Assembly: GCA_020627985.1 (NCBI GenBank)
Contig: JAHDFV010000002.1
Span: 1 to 48,755, forward strand
DNA from: Saprospiraceae bacterium
GTDB taxonomy: Bacteria > Bacteroidota > Bacteroidia > Chitinophagales > Saprospiraceae
Length of the DNA: 48,755 nucleotides
Direction: 5' to 3'
Below the pieces are notes generated by a model. That model was given only the letters and a program-made list of their open reading frames with translations. It had not been told where the DNA came from and made no database searches. Shown piece by piece: positions 35,555 through 46,175 of this stretch (positions are counted from its first letter, which is position 1; each line of letters begins with the position of its first letter). The translations under genes were made by a program, and so were the position numbers.

Positions 35555-36439
35555 ATCTATTTCATCTTTAAATAAATCTTTTAATTCTAAATTAAAAGGC
35601 TTATAATATTCTTTCAACAAATTTAATGTTATACTATCTAGTTCCTGTAGTTCTACATTTCTATTCCTTTGAAATTTATAATATCCATTCTTTATAAATG
35701 AAAACTGAAGAAAAGAAGGAACATATTTTTTTAAATAAAAATGTAATGTTGAAGAATTGATTTTCATTGTTGGATTTACTTCTCCTATTTCTATTTTAAA
35801 ATCACTTTCATTTAATTTAAGAAATTCAGCAATTTGAGATACTCCTTCTTTCTTATTTTTTACAAATTTTTCGTATTGTATTATACTGATCGATTTAGAC
35901 GAAAATGTGTCTATCCATTTTTTGATATAAGATGAATAACGCCCCAAAGAAAGTTCATTCCACAATACAGTTGGAAATACTCCATTTTTCATTTCATTTT
36001 GCAAATCAGATTCTTTTCCATTCAATAATATATTAACAAAATCATTGCATGTAATATCTGAACGCTTAAAATTGGAAAGATTAAATTTCGTGAAATTAAA
36101 TGAGGACTCTAATCTCTTGATTGGATCACGAAGTAAAAATAAAATTTTCACATCACCCAATTCATTTAAATATTTCAAAGGAGTTTCTTGATTCATCATA
36201 TGAACTGAACCTTCTAATCTATAACTCGAATAAGTTTCGTCTTTAAAATTCACTTCAAAACCACCTACTCCATCTTTATGAACATTATAATCTTTATTCA
36301 ATAAAGGATGATTTTGATCCAGAAAAAAATTAGTTTCTTTTAGCAATGAGGCAGAAATGTTTTTATTTGATGTTAATATTTGAAACATCAAAGAAGTACC
36401 AGATTTAGGTGCACCTGCTATGAATAAATACTTACTCAT
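35537..36439 (-). CDS. PAPS-dependent sulfotransferase-family protein
   Basis: 5'-PSB loop (GAPKSGTSL) and 3'-PB motif (LLRDPIKRLES). Confidence 0.7.
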   Translation of the reverse strand: MSKYLFIAGAPKSGTSLMFQILTSNKNISASLLKETNFFLDQNHPLLNKDYNVHKDGVGGFEVNFKDETYSSYRLEGSVHMMNQETPLKYLNELGDVKILFLLRDPIKRLESSFNFTKFNLSNFKRSDITCNDFVNILLNGKESDLQNEMKNGVFPTVLWNELSLGRYSSYIKKWIDTFSSKSISIIQYEKFVKNKKEGVSQIAEFLKLNESDFKIEIGEVNPTMKINSSTLHFYLKKYVPSFLQFSFIKNGYYKFQRNRNVELQELDSITLNLLKEYYKPFNLELKDLFKDEIDLNLWE

Positions 36440-37421
36440 TAATTTCTTGATACAACTTTAAATACTGTTTTGAAATTTCATTTAAAGAGAATCTTTCTGC
36501 ATTTTTTTTACCTAAACCTATCAATTCATTTCTAAAAGTATCATTTTGTAAAATTTTAGAAATCGTTTTATTTATTGATTCCTTATCCTTTTCATTTACA
36601 TAAGCCACTCCTCTACCTCCTATTTCTGGCATCGCTGATTTCTTTGAAGTTACTACAGGAATTCCTTTCGCTTGAGCTTCAATTATTGGCATTCCAAAAC
36701 TCTCTTCCGATGAAATAATAAGAACTACATCAGATTGTGAATAAATCGAATTCATTTCTTCTGGAGATGCTTTTAATGTTACTTTATAATCTATTTTATT
36801 ATCTTCTAATTTATTTTTTAAATCAATATTTAATTCTCCGATTAAATGCAGTGTACATTCAATCTCTTTAATGGCTTCAATTAAAATTGGAATATTTTTT
36901 CTTTCATGAGTACCTACTTGTAATAACACAGGTTTTTCCTTGGGTATTTTTTTTATGTTTTCTTTAAAAACATTTAATAATGGGTTATAAATCACTTTTA
37001 TTTTCTCCTTAGAAACACTCAATAAATCAATTAATTCTCTTTTTGTATATTCTGAAACTGCAGACCAATATTTAGACTTTTTGTTTGGTTTTTTAAAATA
37101 TAAATATCTAAACATTTTTTTTCGCCAACCAGAATATTTTGGTCGTCCACCTTCAACCGAATGTGCAGAAATTATTGTTTTGCCCTTAGGTAAGAAAAAA
37201 GAAACATAATGAATATCTCCAGTAATATGAAAAACATCTCCCTTTAAGAATAAGACGTAAATCATATTCATGATTTTTCCAATTTGGGTTTTGCAATAAA
37301 AAGGCATTTCGATTTTATGAATATTTACTTCATTTTTTAACTCCTCTCTTATAGCTGCATAAATATTTTCTATGCTATGATAACCTTCTTGAGGTTTTCT
37401 ATGTAAATGAACAACTTTCAT
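36432..37421 (-). CDS. glycosyltransferase family 4 (GT-B)
   Basis: C-terminal EX7E region (ESFGMPIIEAQAKGIPVV). Confidence 0.8.
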   Translation of the reverse strand: MKVVHLHRKPQEGYHSIENIYAAIREELKNEVNIHKIEMPFYCKTQIGKIMNMIYVLFLKGDVFHITGDIHYVSFFLPKGKTIISAHSVEGGRPKYSGWRKKMFRYLYFKKPNKKSKYWSAVSEYTKRELIDLLSVSKEKIKVIYNPLLNVFKENIKKIPKEKPVLLQVGTHERKNIPILIEAIKEIECTLHLIGELNIDLKNKLEDNKIDYKVTLKASPEEMNSIYSQSDVVLIISSEESFGMPIIEAQAKGIPVVTSKKSAMPEIGGRGVAYVNEKDKESINKTISKILQNDTFRNELIGLGKKNAERFSLNEISKQYLKLYQEINE

Positions 37422-38519
37422 TTATTCTTTTGTCATCATTTTTTTAGCTAAAAGAATAACTTGACTTCCTTCAATATATTCAGATTTAATTTTGGCTTGT
37501 ACTTTGTTCACAGGATTAAAACCATTAAATAATTGAAGTTCATTTTCTGAATAAGCGGAAATGGTATTAATATTTTTCAACAAGTCTTTATTCTGAGGTA
37601 AAATATTTATTGCTTTCGCTATAATAAAAATTGACAACACAGGTTTCGTCGAAAGATAGGCAATATGTGAAAGCCCTGAATCGATCCCAAAAAAATAAGC
37701 TGATTTACGAATACAATATGCGACTTGTTTCAAATTTGTTTTCCCTGTAAAATTATAGATAAATTCTTTCGGTATTTTTAAATCATTCATTAAATCATAA
37801 GAAAAGGATTTATTTCTATCGCTTTCATCTCCTAGAATTATTATATTTTCAATTAAACCTTGATGATATAGTGAATTTATTACTTCAGCAGCTTTATTTA
37901 AAGCCCACAAACTATGATCAAACTGAGGAAACAACCCAAGGATTAAATTTTTCCCTTCAATTTCATCAATTAAAGAAAATGTTTCTTCTTGTATTTTGGG
38001 ATATTTAATTACCTGGAGTTTAAATTCATTTTCTAATTCTTGCCCTCCTTTGCTATTTAATAATTTAATTACCGAGATGGCTCTTTCCAAATAATGATCT
38101 ACTTGACCGTTGTAAGAACTTTTATTCAATCCTTTTATATTAGACTGTAGTCGGGATTTAGAAAAATAACCCAGGCATAATTTATATTTCAACAATAATT
38201 TACTGTGTTTAATATTTAACGTAAAAGACACGAGCAAAGAATTAGAAGAAATTGATTTCTCTTCATCCAATTTAATAAAAAAAATATCACTGGAAAATGA
38301 AATAAATTGTGGTAAGTGACTAACAATATATATCTTTTTATTCGGATATAATTGAGCCATTTTTTCTATGGCGGGCGACAACATAATTAAATCTCCAATT
38401 CCTATTGTAGGATATAAAGGTATAATTATATTTTCAAAGTTTAAATCGTCTTTGGAGGTTAGAAATAAATAAATCTCTAAAAGATAGAAAAGAAAAAAAC
38501 TAAAAATTCTTTTTATCAT
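37422..38519 (-). CDS. glycosyltransferase family 9 (heptosyltransferase-like)
   Basis: GT9 pattern (GIGDLIMLSPAIEKM...FGIDSGLSHIA). Confidence 0.65.
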   Translation of the reverse strand: MIKRIFSFFLFYLLEIYLFLTSKDDLNFENIIIPLYPTIGIGDLIMLSPAIEKMAQLYPNKKIYIVSHLPQFISFSSDIFFIKLDEEKSISSNSLLVSFTLNIKHSKLLLKYKLCLGYFSKSRLQSNIKGLNKSSYNGQVDHYLERAISVIKLLNSKGGQELENEFKLQVIKYPKIQEETFSLIDEIEGKNLILGLFPQFDHSLWALNKAAEVINSLYHQGLIENIIILGDESDRNKSFSYDLMNDLKIPKEFIYNFTGKTNLKQVAYCIRKSAYFFGIDSGLSHIAYLSTKPVLSIFIIAKAINILPQNKDLLKNINTISAYSENELQLFNGFNPVNKVQAKIKSEYIEGSQVILLAKKMMTKE

Positions 38520-38548
38520 TTTATGAATTCATTAAAGAAATCGATTTA

Positions 38549-39679
38549 TTATAAATATTGCTCTAAGGATTCTAAATATACTTCAATGATCTGATCTTCA
38601 TTAAAATTTTCAACTACTTTTTTACGACCAGCAATACCCATACTTTTTTTATTAGGGTTCGCTAATTCTAAAAATTGTGTCATTTTATTTTTAAGATCTT
38701 CTACATTATTTTTTTCAACTAAATAACCATTAACCCCATCTTCTACTACATCTTTGCATCCTACATTATTTGTTGTAATAATGGGTCTTTCCATTGCTGC
38801 GGCTTCCATTAATATTCTGGACAATCCTTCTCTATAAAAAGAGGGGAATACTAAGCAATCGCATTGTTCTAAAAAAGGTCTTACATCTGTTGCTTCTCCC
38901 AAATATTTAATAATTCCATTTTTTTGCCATTGTACTACTTGTTCATAAGACACTGCATTTGGATTTGATGGATCTATAAATCCTAGTATTTGAAATTCAA
39001 CATTCGTATATTTATTTTTTAATCGTTTTGCAGCTTCAACAAATTCACCGACTCCTTTATCCCAAATAACTCTCCCTGCAAAAAGAAATCGTGTAGTTGT
39101 ATCTTTCTTTACATAACCATTAGGTTGATACCAACTAATATTAATACCTTCTCCATTTAATAATCTCGCTTTATTTTGCTTGACTATTTTCTTTTTTAAA
39201 AATACTTTACGATCATCTTCATTTAGGAACCAAACTTCTTTAGTTAATCTGCCTGCTAAGCGATATAAATTTAAAGTAAATAAACCTGCAACTGTATTTT
39301 TAAAATTTAAAAAATGCCCCAAACCTGTTGTGATAATTATTGAAGGTGTTCCTACAATTGCTGAAGCAATTGCGCCATAGATATTTGGCTTTATGGTATA
39401 ATGAAAAATAAAATCGAATTTTTCTTTTTTGTAAATTCGGGCAAATTTTATTAAAGATTTAGTTTCTGTAATAATATTGGTACCATAGCTACTCAATGAA
39501 ATATGCTTAAAGGAAACCCCTTCCGAAACTAATTTAGCGGTAAAAGTATCCTTTGGTGCAATCACAACTACTTCATGACCAAGGCTTCTCAATTCCTTGA
39601 TAATACCCAACCTGAAGTTGTACATACTCCAAGCGGTGTTGCTTACAAATGCAATTTTATATTTTTTGTTTGGTGACAA
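38549..39679 (-). CDS. glycosyltransferase family 4 (GT-B)
   Basis: KIAFVSNTAWSMYNFR N-terminus and an EX7E region (EGLSRILMEAAAMERPII). Confidence 0.8.
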   Translation of the reverse strand: MSPNKKYKIAFVSNTAWSMYNFRLGIIKELRSLGHEVVVIAPKDTFTAKLVSEGVSFKHISLSSYGTNIITETKSLIKFARIYKKEKFDFIFHYTIKPNIYGAIASAIVGTPSIIITTGLGHFLNFKNTVAGLFTLNLYRLAGRLTKEVWFLNEDDRKVFLKKKIVKQNKARLLNGEGINISWYQPNGYVKKDTTTRFLFAGRVIWDKGVGEFVEAAKRLKNKYTNVEFQILGFIDPSNPNAVSYEQVVQWQKNGIIKYLGEATDVRPFLEQCDCLVFPSFYREGLSRILMEAAAMERPIITTNNVGCKDVVEDGVNGYLVEKNNVEDLKNKMTQFLELANPNKKSMGIAGRKKVVENFNEDQIIEVYLESLEQYL

Positions 39680-39685
39680 TGGGTA

Positions 39686-40762
39686 TTAAAAAAATTCGGG
39701 CAAATCTTTTTTATAAACTCCAACTACTCCTTTAATTTCTTGTTCTAATTTTTTCGGATATATCATTAATATATCTCCTTCATCCACAACAATAAAATCT
39801 TCAAGACCTTTAATTAAAGTAAGTTTTCCTTCTTTCGTTCTTATGAAACAATCCTTGGTTTCTTCTGCAATTACTTTCCCTGTAATTACATTACCGTTTT
39901 CATCTTTATCTCTGTAAGAATATAAAGAATTCCAGGTACCTAAATCAGACCAACCAATATCAGATGGAATAGTATAAATATTATCTGCATTTTCCATGAT
40001 TGCATAATCAACAGAAATTTTTGGTGTCGTTGGATATGCTTCATTAATAAAATCTTGTTCTTGGAAAGTATTATAATATTGATTTCCTTTTTCAAGTATA
40101 TCTAAAATATCTGGTGCATTTTTTCGGAACGAATCTAAAATTGAATTTACATTCCAAATAAATATTCCGCCATTCCATAAATAATCTCCGCTTTCTAGAA
40201 ACTCCTTCGCTTTATCTAGATTGGGTTTTTCCATAAAGCGTTTTACTTTATGAACTTCTCCCTCAACTGCATTACCAAAATTAATATAACCATATCCCGT
40301 ATCAGGTCTGGTTGGAGTTATTCCTAAAGTAACTAATGCATTATTTTTAGCGGTATAATCTAATGCTGTTCTTAATTTATCTAGAAAAACATTTTCTTTT
40401 AAAATTACATGATCCGAAGGTGCAACAATAAAGTTTGCATCTTCATTCATTGCTTTTAAACGAAGAGCAGTATATGCGACACAAGGAGCCGTATTATTCA
40501 TCGAAGGTTCGCAAAGAATTTGACTGAATTCTAATTCAGGTAAATGTTCTTTTACTAGACTTCTGTATTTTTTATTTGTTACAATTAAAATATTTTCGGC
40601 AGGACAAAGATTTAAAAACCGTTCAAAGGTTAATCTAATTAAAGATTTTCCTACACCCAAAATATCTAAAAATTGTTTGGGGTAAGAATCTCTACTCGCA
40701 GGCCAAAACCTACTTCCTACTCCACCCGCCATAATGGCGACATATGTATTATTTTTTCCCAT
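39686..40762 (-). CDS. manC: mannose-1-phosphate guanylyltransferase (no PMI cupin domain)
   Basis: Start at MGKNNTYVAIMAGGVGSRFWP (G-rich NTP loop). About 358 aa, ending before any cupin module. Confidence 0.85.
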   Translation of the reverse strand: MGKNNTYVAIMAGGVGSRFWPASRDSYPKQFLDILGVGKSLIRLTFERFLNLCPAENILIVTNKKYRSLVKEHLPELEFSQILCEPSMNNTAPCVAYTALRLKAMNEDANFIVAPSDHVILKENVFLDKLRTALDYTAKNNALVTLGITPTRPDTGYGYINFGNAVEGEVHKVKRFMEKPNLDKAKEFLESGDYLWNGGIFIWNVNSILDSFRKNAPDILDILEKGNQYYNTFQEQDFINEAYPTTPKISVDYAIMENADNIYTIPSDIGWSDLGTWNSLYSYRDKDENGNVITGKVIAEETKDCFIRTKEGKLTLIKGLEDFIVVDEGDILMIYPKKLEQEIKGVVGVYKKDLPEFF

Positions 40763-40766
40763 AATG

Positions 40767-42212
40767 CTATCTTCCAAAATCATCTTGTACTCTAACTATA
40801 TCCTCTTCATCTGAAGGATGATTAGGGTCAGTATGTTTCCAAATTTCTGCAACAACTCCCCAGCCATTTGTACCTAACAATCTATGGCGTTGTCCTTTTT
40901 CTAATTCAACTATTTCTCCTAAAGCTAAATCTCTCGGTGAAGTTTCTTGATCTGTATCACTGACTACAATACCTGCTTTTCCTCCTGCTACTCTCCATAT
41001 TTCAGCACGTCTATGGTGATATTGCCAAGACAATCTTTTTTCAGGAGCCACTAATAAAAGTTTAGGGCTCAATTTAGAATAGCCTTTAAAATCATCCATA
41101 TTCATTTCTGGAAAGAAATATTGAATAAATTCAGGTGCATTGCTTTCAGGTAATACAAAAAATCCACCCCAAGGACGATTTTCATCTTTTTTCTCCACTG
41201 AAAACCCTAATCGATCTAAGAAATCTTGTGCATTTGCGAAAGCTGTATCTTTGGTCAGATTTTCATCAAAAGTCATATTGGTTCCCCAGGCTACTTTATC
41301 AACAGTATTGTAAACAGTTTTTATTCCCTCTTCTAAACTAACTTGAGCAGACCAACCGATATTTTTCAATTTATCTACATTCATTAATTTACGAGGAGTA
41401 CCATCAGGTTTTGTTAAATCATGTTTAATTTCTCCTTTGAATCCAACAATCTTTTTCACTAATTGTGCTAATTCTAAAATAGCAATATCTTCACCAGTAC
41501 CTATATTCACTAAGCCTTCCTCATTATAATTTTCCATTAAATAGAAACAAGCATCTGCTAAGTCATCTACATGCAAGAATTCTCTTTTTGGACTTCCTGT
41601 TCCCCACATCATCACATGAGGAGCATTGGTAATTTTTGCTTCATGAAATTTACGAATTAAGGCTGGTAGAACGTGTGATTTCTCAAGATCGTAATTATCA
41701 TTCGGACCATAAAGATTGGTTGGCATTACAGATATAAAATTACTTCCATATTGCGCTCTGTACGCATCGCACATTTTTATCCCAGCAATTTTTGCGATGG
41801 CATAAGGCTCATTGGTTGGTTCCAAAATACCTGTTAACAGATAATCTTCTTTTAAAGGTTGAGGAGCCATTTTAGGATAAATACAAGATGATCCTAAAAA
41901 CATTAATTTATCTACACCATTCAAATGAGCCGAATGAATCACATTGGCTTCAATCATTAAATTTTCATAAATAAATTCTGCTCGATAGGTATTATTTGCC
42001 AAAATGCCCCCCACTTTAGCTGCTGCTAAAAAGACATAATCTGGTTTTTCTTTTTGAAAAAATTCTTCAACCGCTTGCTGATTCCTTAGATCTAATTCTT
42101 TGGATGTTCTCGTAACGATATTATTAAAACCTTCTGATTTTAATTTTCGTACTAAAGCGGAACCTACCATTCCTCTATGTCCTGCGACATAGACCTTCTT
42201 CGTTTTAATCAT
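40767..42212 (-). CDS. fcl: GDP-L-fucose synthase fused to a type-II phosphomannose-isomerase-like cupin domain
   Basis: The N-terminal ~315 aa are Fcl-like ([13 protein letters not shown], YxxxK as YAIAKIAG). The C-terminal ~165 aa carry RPWGGF...[15 protein letters not shown]...GQRHRL...[13 protein letters not shown], the ManC C-terminal cupin pattern. Confidence 0.8.
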   Translation of the reverse strand: MIKTKKVYVAGHRGMVGSALVRKLKSEGFNNIVTRTSKELDLRNQQAVEEFFQKEKPDYVFLAAAKVGGILANNTYRAEFIYENLMIEANVIHSAHLNGVDKLMFLGSSCIYPKMAPQPLKEDYLLTGILEPTNEPYAIAKIAGIKMCDAYRAQYGSNFISVMPTNLYGPNDNYDLEKSHVLPALIRKFHEAKITNAPHVMMWGTGSPKREFLHVDDLADACFYLMENYNEEGLVNIGTGEDIAILELAQLVKKIVGFKGEIKHDLTKPDGTPRKLMNVDKLKNIGWSAQVSLEEGIKTVYNTVDKVAWGTNMTFDENLTKDTAFANAQDFLDRLGFSVEKKDENRPWGGFFVLPESNAPEFIQYFFPEMNMDDFKGYSKLSPKLLLVAPEKRLSWQYHHRRAEIWRVAGGKAGIVVSDTDQETSPRDLALGEIVELEKGQRHRLLGTNGWGVVAEIWKHTDPNHPSDEEDIVRVQDDFGR

Positions 42213-43324
42213 TATTCAAATTCATTTTTAACATTGAATCCTGCATTCTTTAGTAATTGATCTCTTCTGAATAATTCTAGATCATTCAATACCATTTCTT
42301 TTACTAAAGCAGGTAAGTCATATTTCAATGTCCATCCTAATTTTTCTTTTGCTTTTGTAGGATCTCCAATCAATAGTTCTACTTCTGTAGGTCTATAATA
42401 TCTTGGATCTACAGCAACAACTTCACTACCAATTTCTAATTGATATTCTGCATTACTACAAGAAACAACTGTAGCGACTTCTTTTTCTCCTTCACCCGTA
42501 AAGTTTAATTCTATTCCTAATTCACGGAAAGCCATTCGAACAAAATCTCTTACGGTAGTTGTTACTCCTGTTGCAACTACATAATCATCTGGTTCATCTT
42601 GTTGAAGCATTAGCCACATCATTTCAACATAGTCTTTTGCATGCCCCCAGTCTCTTTTGGCATCCATATTCCCCAAGTAAACTTTGTCTTGTAAACCTAA
42701 AGCAATTTTAGCTGCAGCTCTAGTAATTTTACGAGTAACAAATGTTTCACCTCTTAATGGAGATTCATGATTAAACAAGATTCCATTTGAGGCATGCATT
42801 CCGTAAGCTTCTCTATAATTTACTATAATCCAGTAAGCATACATCTTAGCTACTGCATAAGGGGAACGAGGATAAAACGGAGTTGTTTCACTTTGAGGCA
42901 CTTCTTGTACTAATCCGTATAATTCAGAAGTTGATGCTTGATATAATTTTGTTTTCTTTGTTAGTCCTAAAATACGGATTGCTTCTAACAAACGTAATGT
43001 TCCAATACCATCTGTATCAGCTGTATATTCAGGTGAATCAAAACTCACTTGAACATGAGACATGGCTCCTAAATTATAAATTTCATCGGGTTGTACTTCT
43101 TGTACAATTCGAATTAAATTTGTAGAATCTGTTAAATCTCCATAGTGAAGAATTAAGTTTCTCGTTTTTACATGAGGATCTTGATAAAGGTGATCAATTC
43201 TACCAGTATTAAATAAAGAACTTCTCCTTTTAATACCATGAACTTCGTATCCTTTTTCTAATAGCAGCTCTGTTAAATATGCTCCATCCTGCCCTGTGAT
43301 TCCTGTAATAAGCGCTTTTTTCAT
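42212..43324 (-). CDS. gmd: GDP-mannose 4,6-dehydratase
   Basis: [26 protein letters not shown] and FNHESPLRG, all hallmark Gmd motifs. Confidence 0.92.
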   Translation of the reverse strand: MKKALITGITGQDGAYLTELLLEKGYEVHGIKRRSSLFNTGRIDHLYQDPHVKTRNLILHYGDLTDSTNLIRIVQEVQPDEIYNLGAMSHVQVSFDSPEYTADTDGIGTLRLLEAIRILGLTKKTKLYQASTSELYGLVQEVPQSETTPFYPRSPYAVAKMYAYWIIVNYREAYGMHASNGILFNHESPLRGETFVTRKITRAAAKIALGLQDKVYLGNMDAKRDWGHAKDYVEMMWLMLQQDEPDDYVVATGVTTTVRDFVRMAFRELGIELNFTGEGEKEVATVVSCSNAEYQLEIGSEVVAVDPRYYRPTEVELLIGDPTKAKEKLGWTLKYDLPALVKEMVLNDLELFRRDQLLKNAGFNVKNEFE

Positions 43325-43328
43325 ATCC

Positions 43329-44948
43329 TTAAAAATCGTAATATTTATTATTCAATGCTGTTGTTAATCCAAAATGGATGTACGTTGTATTTAGAGGTTG
43401 TAATTCTTCCGTTTCTATTTCTGGTTTAAATCTTCTAATGCTTGCCCCTAATTCTAATCTTAGGTTCATTGTAGGATTGACTACATAACCTACTCTTAAA
43501 TCAGCATAGGTTGTTGTTGCTTTTATACCTTGTAATGTTTCATGTCCAAAATCTCCATCTCTGGTATTGTAAGGTAATAAAACATTTGTTCCAACATTAG
43601 AACCTAAAGTATCTAAACCTTGTAATGCATACATAAGTTCTATTCTTCCATACCAACGTCCTTTTTGATAAGAAGCGATGTTAACGGACTCAATAAAGTT
43701 AGCTCCTAACGGGTGTGCAAGAGATTGCCTATAATGCGAATAACTCCTTCCTGAAGTTTGATGAGAATAAGTATATGGTCTTGCATAATTCAATTCTGTT
43801 TGTACTTTTAAACCTTGAATAAAAGTATCATATGATTTAAATCCTAATTGAAAAGCATATTTATTCGCCCACCATCCTTCATTCGCTAATAATTCACCAA
43901 AATTAAATTCATCGATCATAATTTGACCGTAGAACATCATTTTTTGTTTGATTTTATAGGACATGGTTAAGCCCATAATTACATTTCCACTTCTAGAACC
44001 AATAGAAAATTCAATGGGCCTATAAAATATAATTGGATTAAAAAAACCAGGATCCAACGTTCCTGTACTATCTTGATATACAACAGATTCAAATAAACCA
44101 ATATTGAAATTCTTTGTTGCATTTATTGATAAATAATGTGAAGAAATGTGCTTTTTTTCAAAAGTAGAATTATTATAATTCGTCCCTTTCACATCCATCA
44201 TTTGAGAATAAATATTCACATATTTAATTCTCCATACTGAAGTATTTAATTTAAAATATGGGTAATTAAACGTATTGTCAGAAAAAATAACAGACCGATA
44301 ACCGTCACCTATAAAATTCTTTCCTGTGCCCCCTTCTAAAGTAAAAAATTCATTTGCTTTAATTGTAACGTTTCCATTTACATAAGCAAAATCTAAAGCA
44401 TCTGTATTATCATTTAATTGAGAATCAAAATCTTTAGGAAAACCTTGTCCTGGTACTACTAGATTTTCTTCAATTATTTCATTGACATATCTTGGAAATC
44501 TAGCTTGATTTTCATGAAAATCAGAATAGAATGCAACGTTTTTCCCAATTCTTCCTTTGATTTGAATACCTCTAGTATTCACATAAGGTAATCCGTCTAA
44601 ATCTGAAGAAGAACCTGATCTAAAATCTACTATTGGATTTAAAATTAATGAAAACTTGCCTTTTTTATCATCGAGCTGGAGGAAATTATCATTGAATGCT
44701 GCATTGAACAACCATCTTTTAAATTTTTGGTCAATCTCCTTTTTAAATTTCTTTTCTGCAATAATAGAATCTCTTAATTCATTTACTTCGAAATAACTAT
44801 AGGGTTTTATTGCGGTATGTGTTTCTGGAGATTTTTTAAGTATAGCTGCTTCAATGGGTTCCATGTAATCATTGTTCAAAGGTATATGTTGTCCATATAC
44901 AGAATGAATTCCAATGAATAATAGTACTATGACAATTAATTTGTTCAT
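43329..44948 (-). CDS. outer-membrane beta-barrel protein, possibly Wzi/RemB-like capsule-assembly OMP
   Basis: Signal peptide, alternating aromatic/Gly beta-strand pattern and a C-terminal aromatic residue (YYDF). The family assignment is tentative. Confidence 0.45.
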   Translation of the reverse strand: MNKLIVIVLLFIGIHSVYGQHIPLNNDYMEPIEAAILKKSPETHTAIKPYSYFEVNELRDSIIAEKKFKKEIDQKFKRWLFNAAFNDNFLQLDDKKGKFSLILNPIVDFRSGSSSDLDGLPYVNTRGIQIKGRIGKNVAFYSDFHENQARFPRYVNEIIEENLVVPGQGFPKDFDSQLNDNTDALDFAYVNGNVTIKANEFFTLEGGTGKNFIGDGYRSVIFSDNTFNYPYFKLNTSVWRIKYVNIYSQMMDVKGTNYNNSTFEKKHISSHYLSINATKNFNIGLFESVVYQDSTGTLDPGFFNPIIFYRPIEFSIGSRSGNVIMGLTMSYKIKQKMMFYGQIMIDEFNFGELLANEGWWANKYAFQLGFKSYDTFIQGLKVQTELNYARPYTYSHQTSGRSYSHYRQSLAHPLGANFIESVNIASYQKGRWYGRIELMYALQGLDTLGSNVGTNVLLPYNTRDGDFGHETLQGIKATTTYADLRVGYVVNPTMNLRLELGASIRRFKPEIETEELQPLNTTYIHFGLTTALNNKYYDF

Positions 44949-46175
44949 CTATACTTTAGTTTTTGCGCCAACATTTTCTTTAATAATATCTAACATTTTA
45001 TTCGCTAGAAATTTGCGATCATAATTTTTAGCCAATTCTACACAACCTTCTGTTAGTTTATTATATAAATCTTTGTCTTTATGTAGTTGATTGAGTTTAT
45101 CCAAAAAATCTTTTTCATTTTCTGGTTCAAAACATAATCCTGCTTGATAACTTTCTACTATTTCTTTTGATTCTCCTTCTACTCCTAAGAGGATGGGTTT
45201 TCTCATTGAAGCATTTTCAAAGATTTTAGAAGGGATGACCGTTTTAAAAGTATCTGATTTTTTAAGGGGTACAAGTGCAACATCAGTCACACTAATATAT
45301 CGTTGAATTTCTGCTTTACTTACAAAGGGCAACATTGTAGTATTGGATAAACCAATCTCATCTTTTAATTCTAGTAGATTTTGTTTTTCTGCTCCATCTC
45401 CAATAAAAAGAAAGTGAATATTTCCATTGACTTTTGCTGCAGATTTTAAAATAAAATCTAATTTATGAGCCATGCCATGGGTCCCTAAATAACCAATGAC
45501 AAAATTATCTTTTAGATTTAAATCTGAGACTAATTTTTCATCTTTAGGAATTGGTGGAAATTTGTTTGCATAGACTCCATTTTTTACCACCCAAATTTTA
45601 TTGGAATCGATTCCTCTTTCACTTATATTCTTCTTAAACGAATCTGTCACTACAATGATTGCTTTTGCTTTTCGATATAAAAAAAGCTCTACTTTTTCCA
45701 TTAGATTTAATAAACGGCTATTGCTGTTCATTGCATTTACAGCTTTAATACTTTCTGGCCAAAGATCTCTTACTTCCATAATCCAGGGTGTTCTTTTGAA
45801 CAAGGAAGAGAAATAGCCACAAACTGCAGCGAAAAATTGAGGAGAAGTCGCAATGATCACATCAGACTTCACAAACAAGCTGGCAAAAAAAGCTGTAAAA
45901 GCAAAACTTAAATAATCTGCTATTCTTTTTATGAAACCTTTATTAGGACTAATGTAACTCCAAACTCGAATGACTTTAATGCCATTGATTTCTTCTTTTT
46001 GGAATAGTTTATTCTTATATCCTTTATAAATTTCTCCTTGGGGAAAATTAGGAGCACAAGTGATGACTGTAACTTCAATACCTTTTTCCATCCATTCCAT
46101 ACAATGCTCGTAAGTACGAGTTGCTGGAGCATTAACTTCAGGTGGGAAGTTATCTGTTAGGAAAAGAAGTTTCAT
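44949..46175 (-). CDS. glycosyltransferase family 4, WbuB-like
   Basis: MKLLFLTDNFPPEVNAPATR N-terminus typical of WbuB-type transferases. Confidence 0.75.
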   Translation of the reverse strand: MKLLFLTDNFPPEVNAPATRTYEHCMEWMEKGIEVTVITCAPNFPQGEIYKGYKNKLFQKEEINGIKVIRVWSYISPNKGFIKRIADYLSFAFTAFFASLFVKSDVIIATSPQFFAAVCGYFSSLFKRTPWIMEVRDLWPESIKAVNAMNSNSRLLNLMEKVELFLYRKAKAIIVVTDSFKKNISERGIDSNKIWVVKNGVYANKFPPIPKDEKLVSDLNLKDNFVIGYLGTHGMAHKLDFILKSAAKVNGNIHFLFIGDGAEKQNLLELKDEIGLSNTTMLPFVSKAEIQRYISVTDVALVPLKKSDTFKTVIPSKIFENASMRKPILLGVEGESKEIVESYQAGLCFEPENEKDFLDKLNQLHKDKDLYNKLTEGCVELAKNYDRKFLANKMLDIIKENVGAKTKV

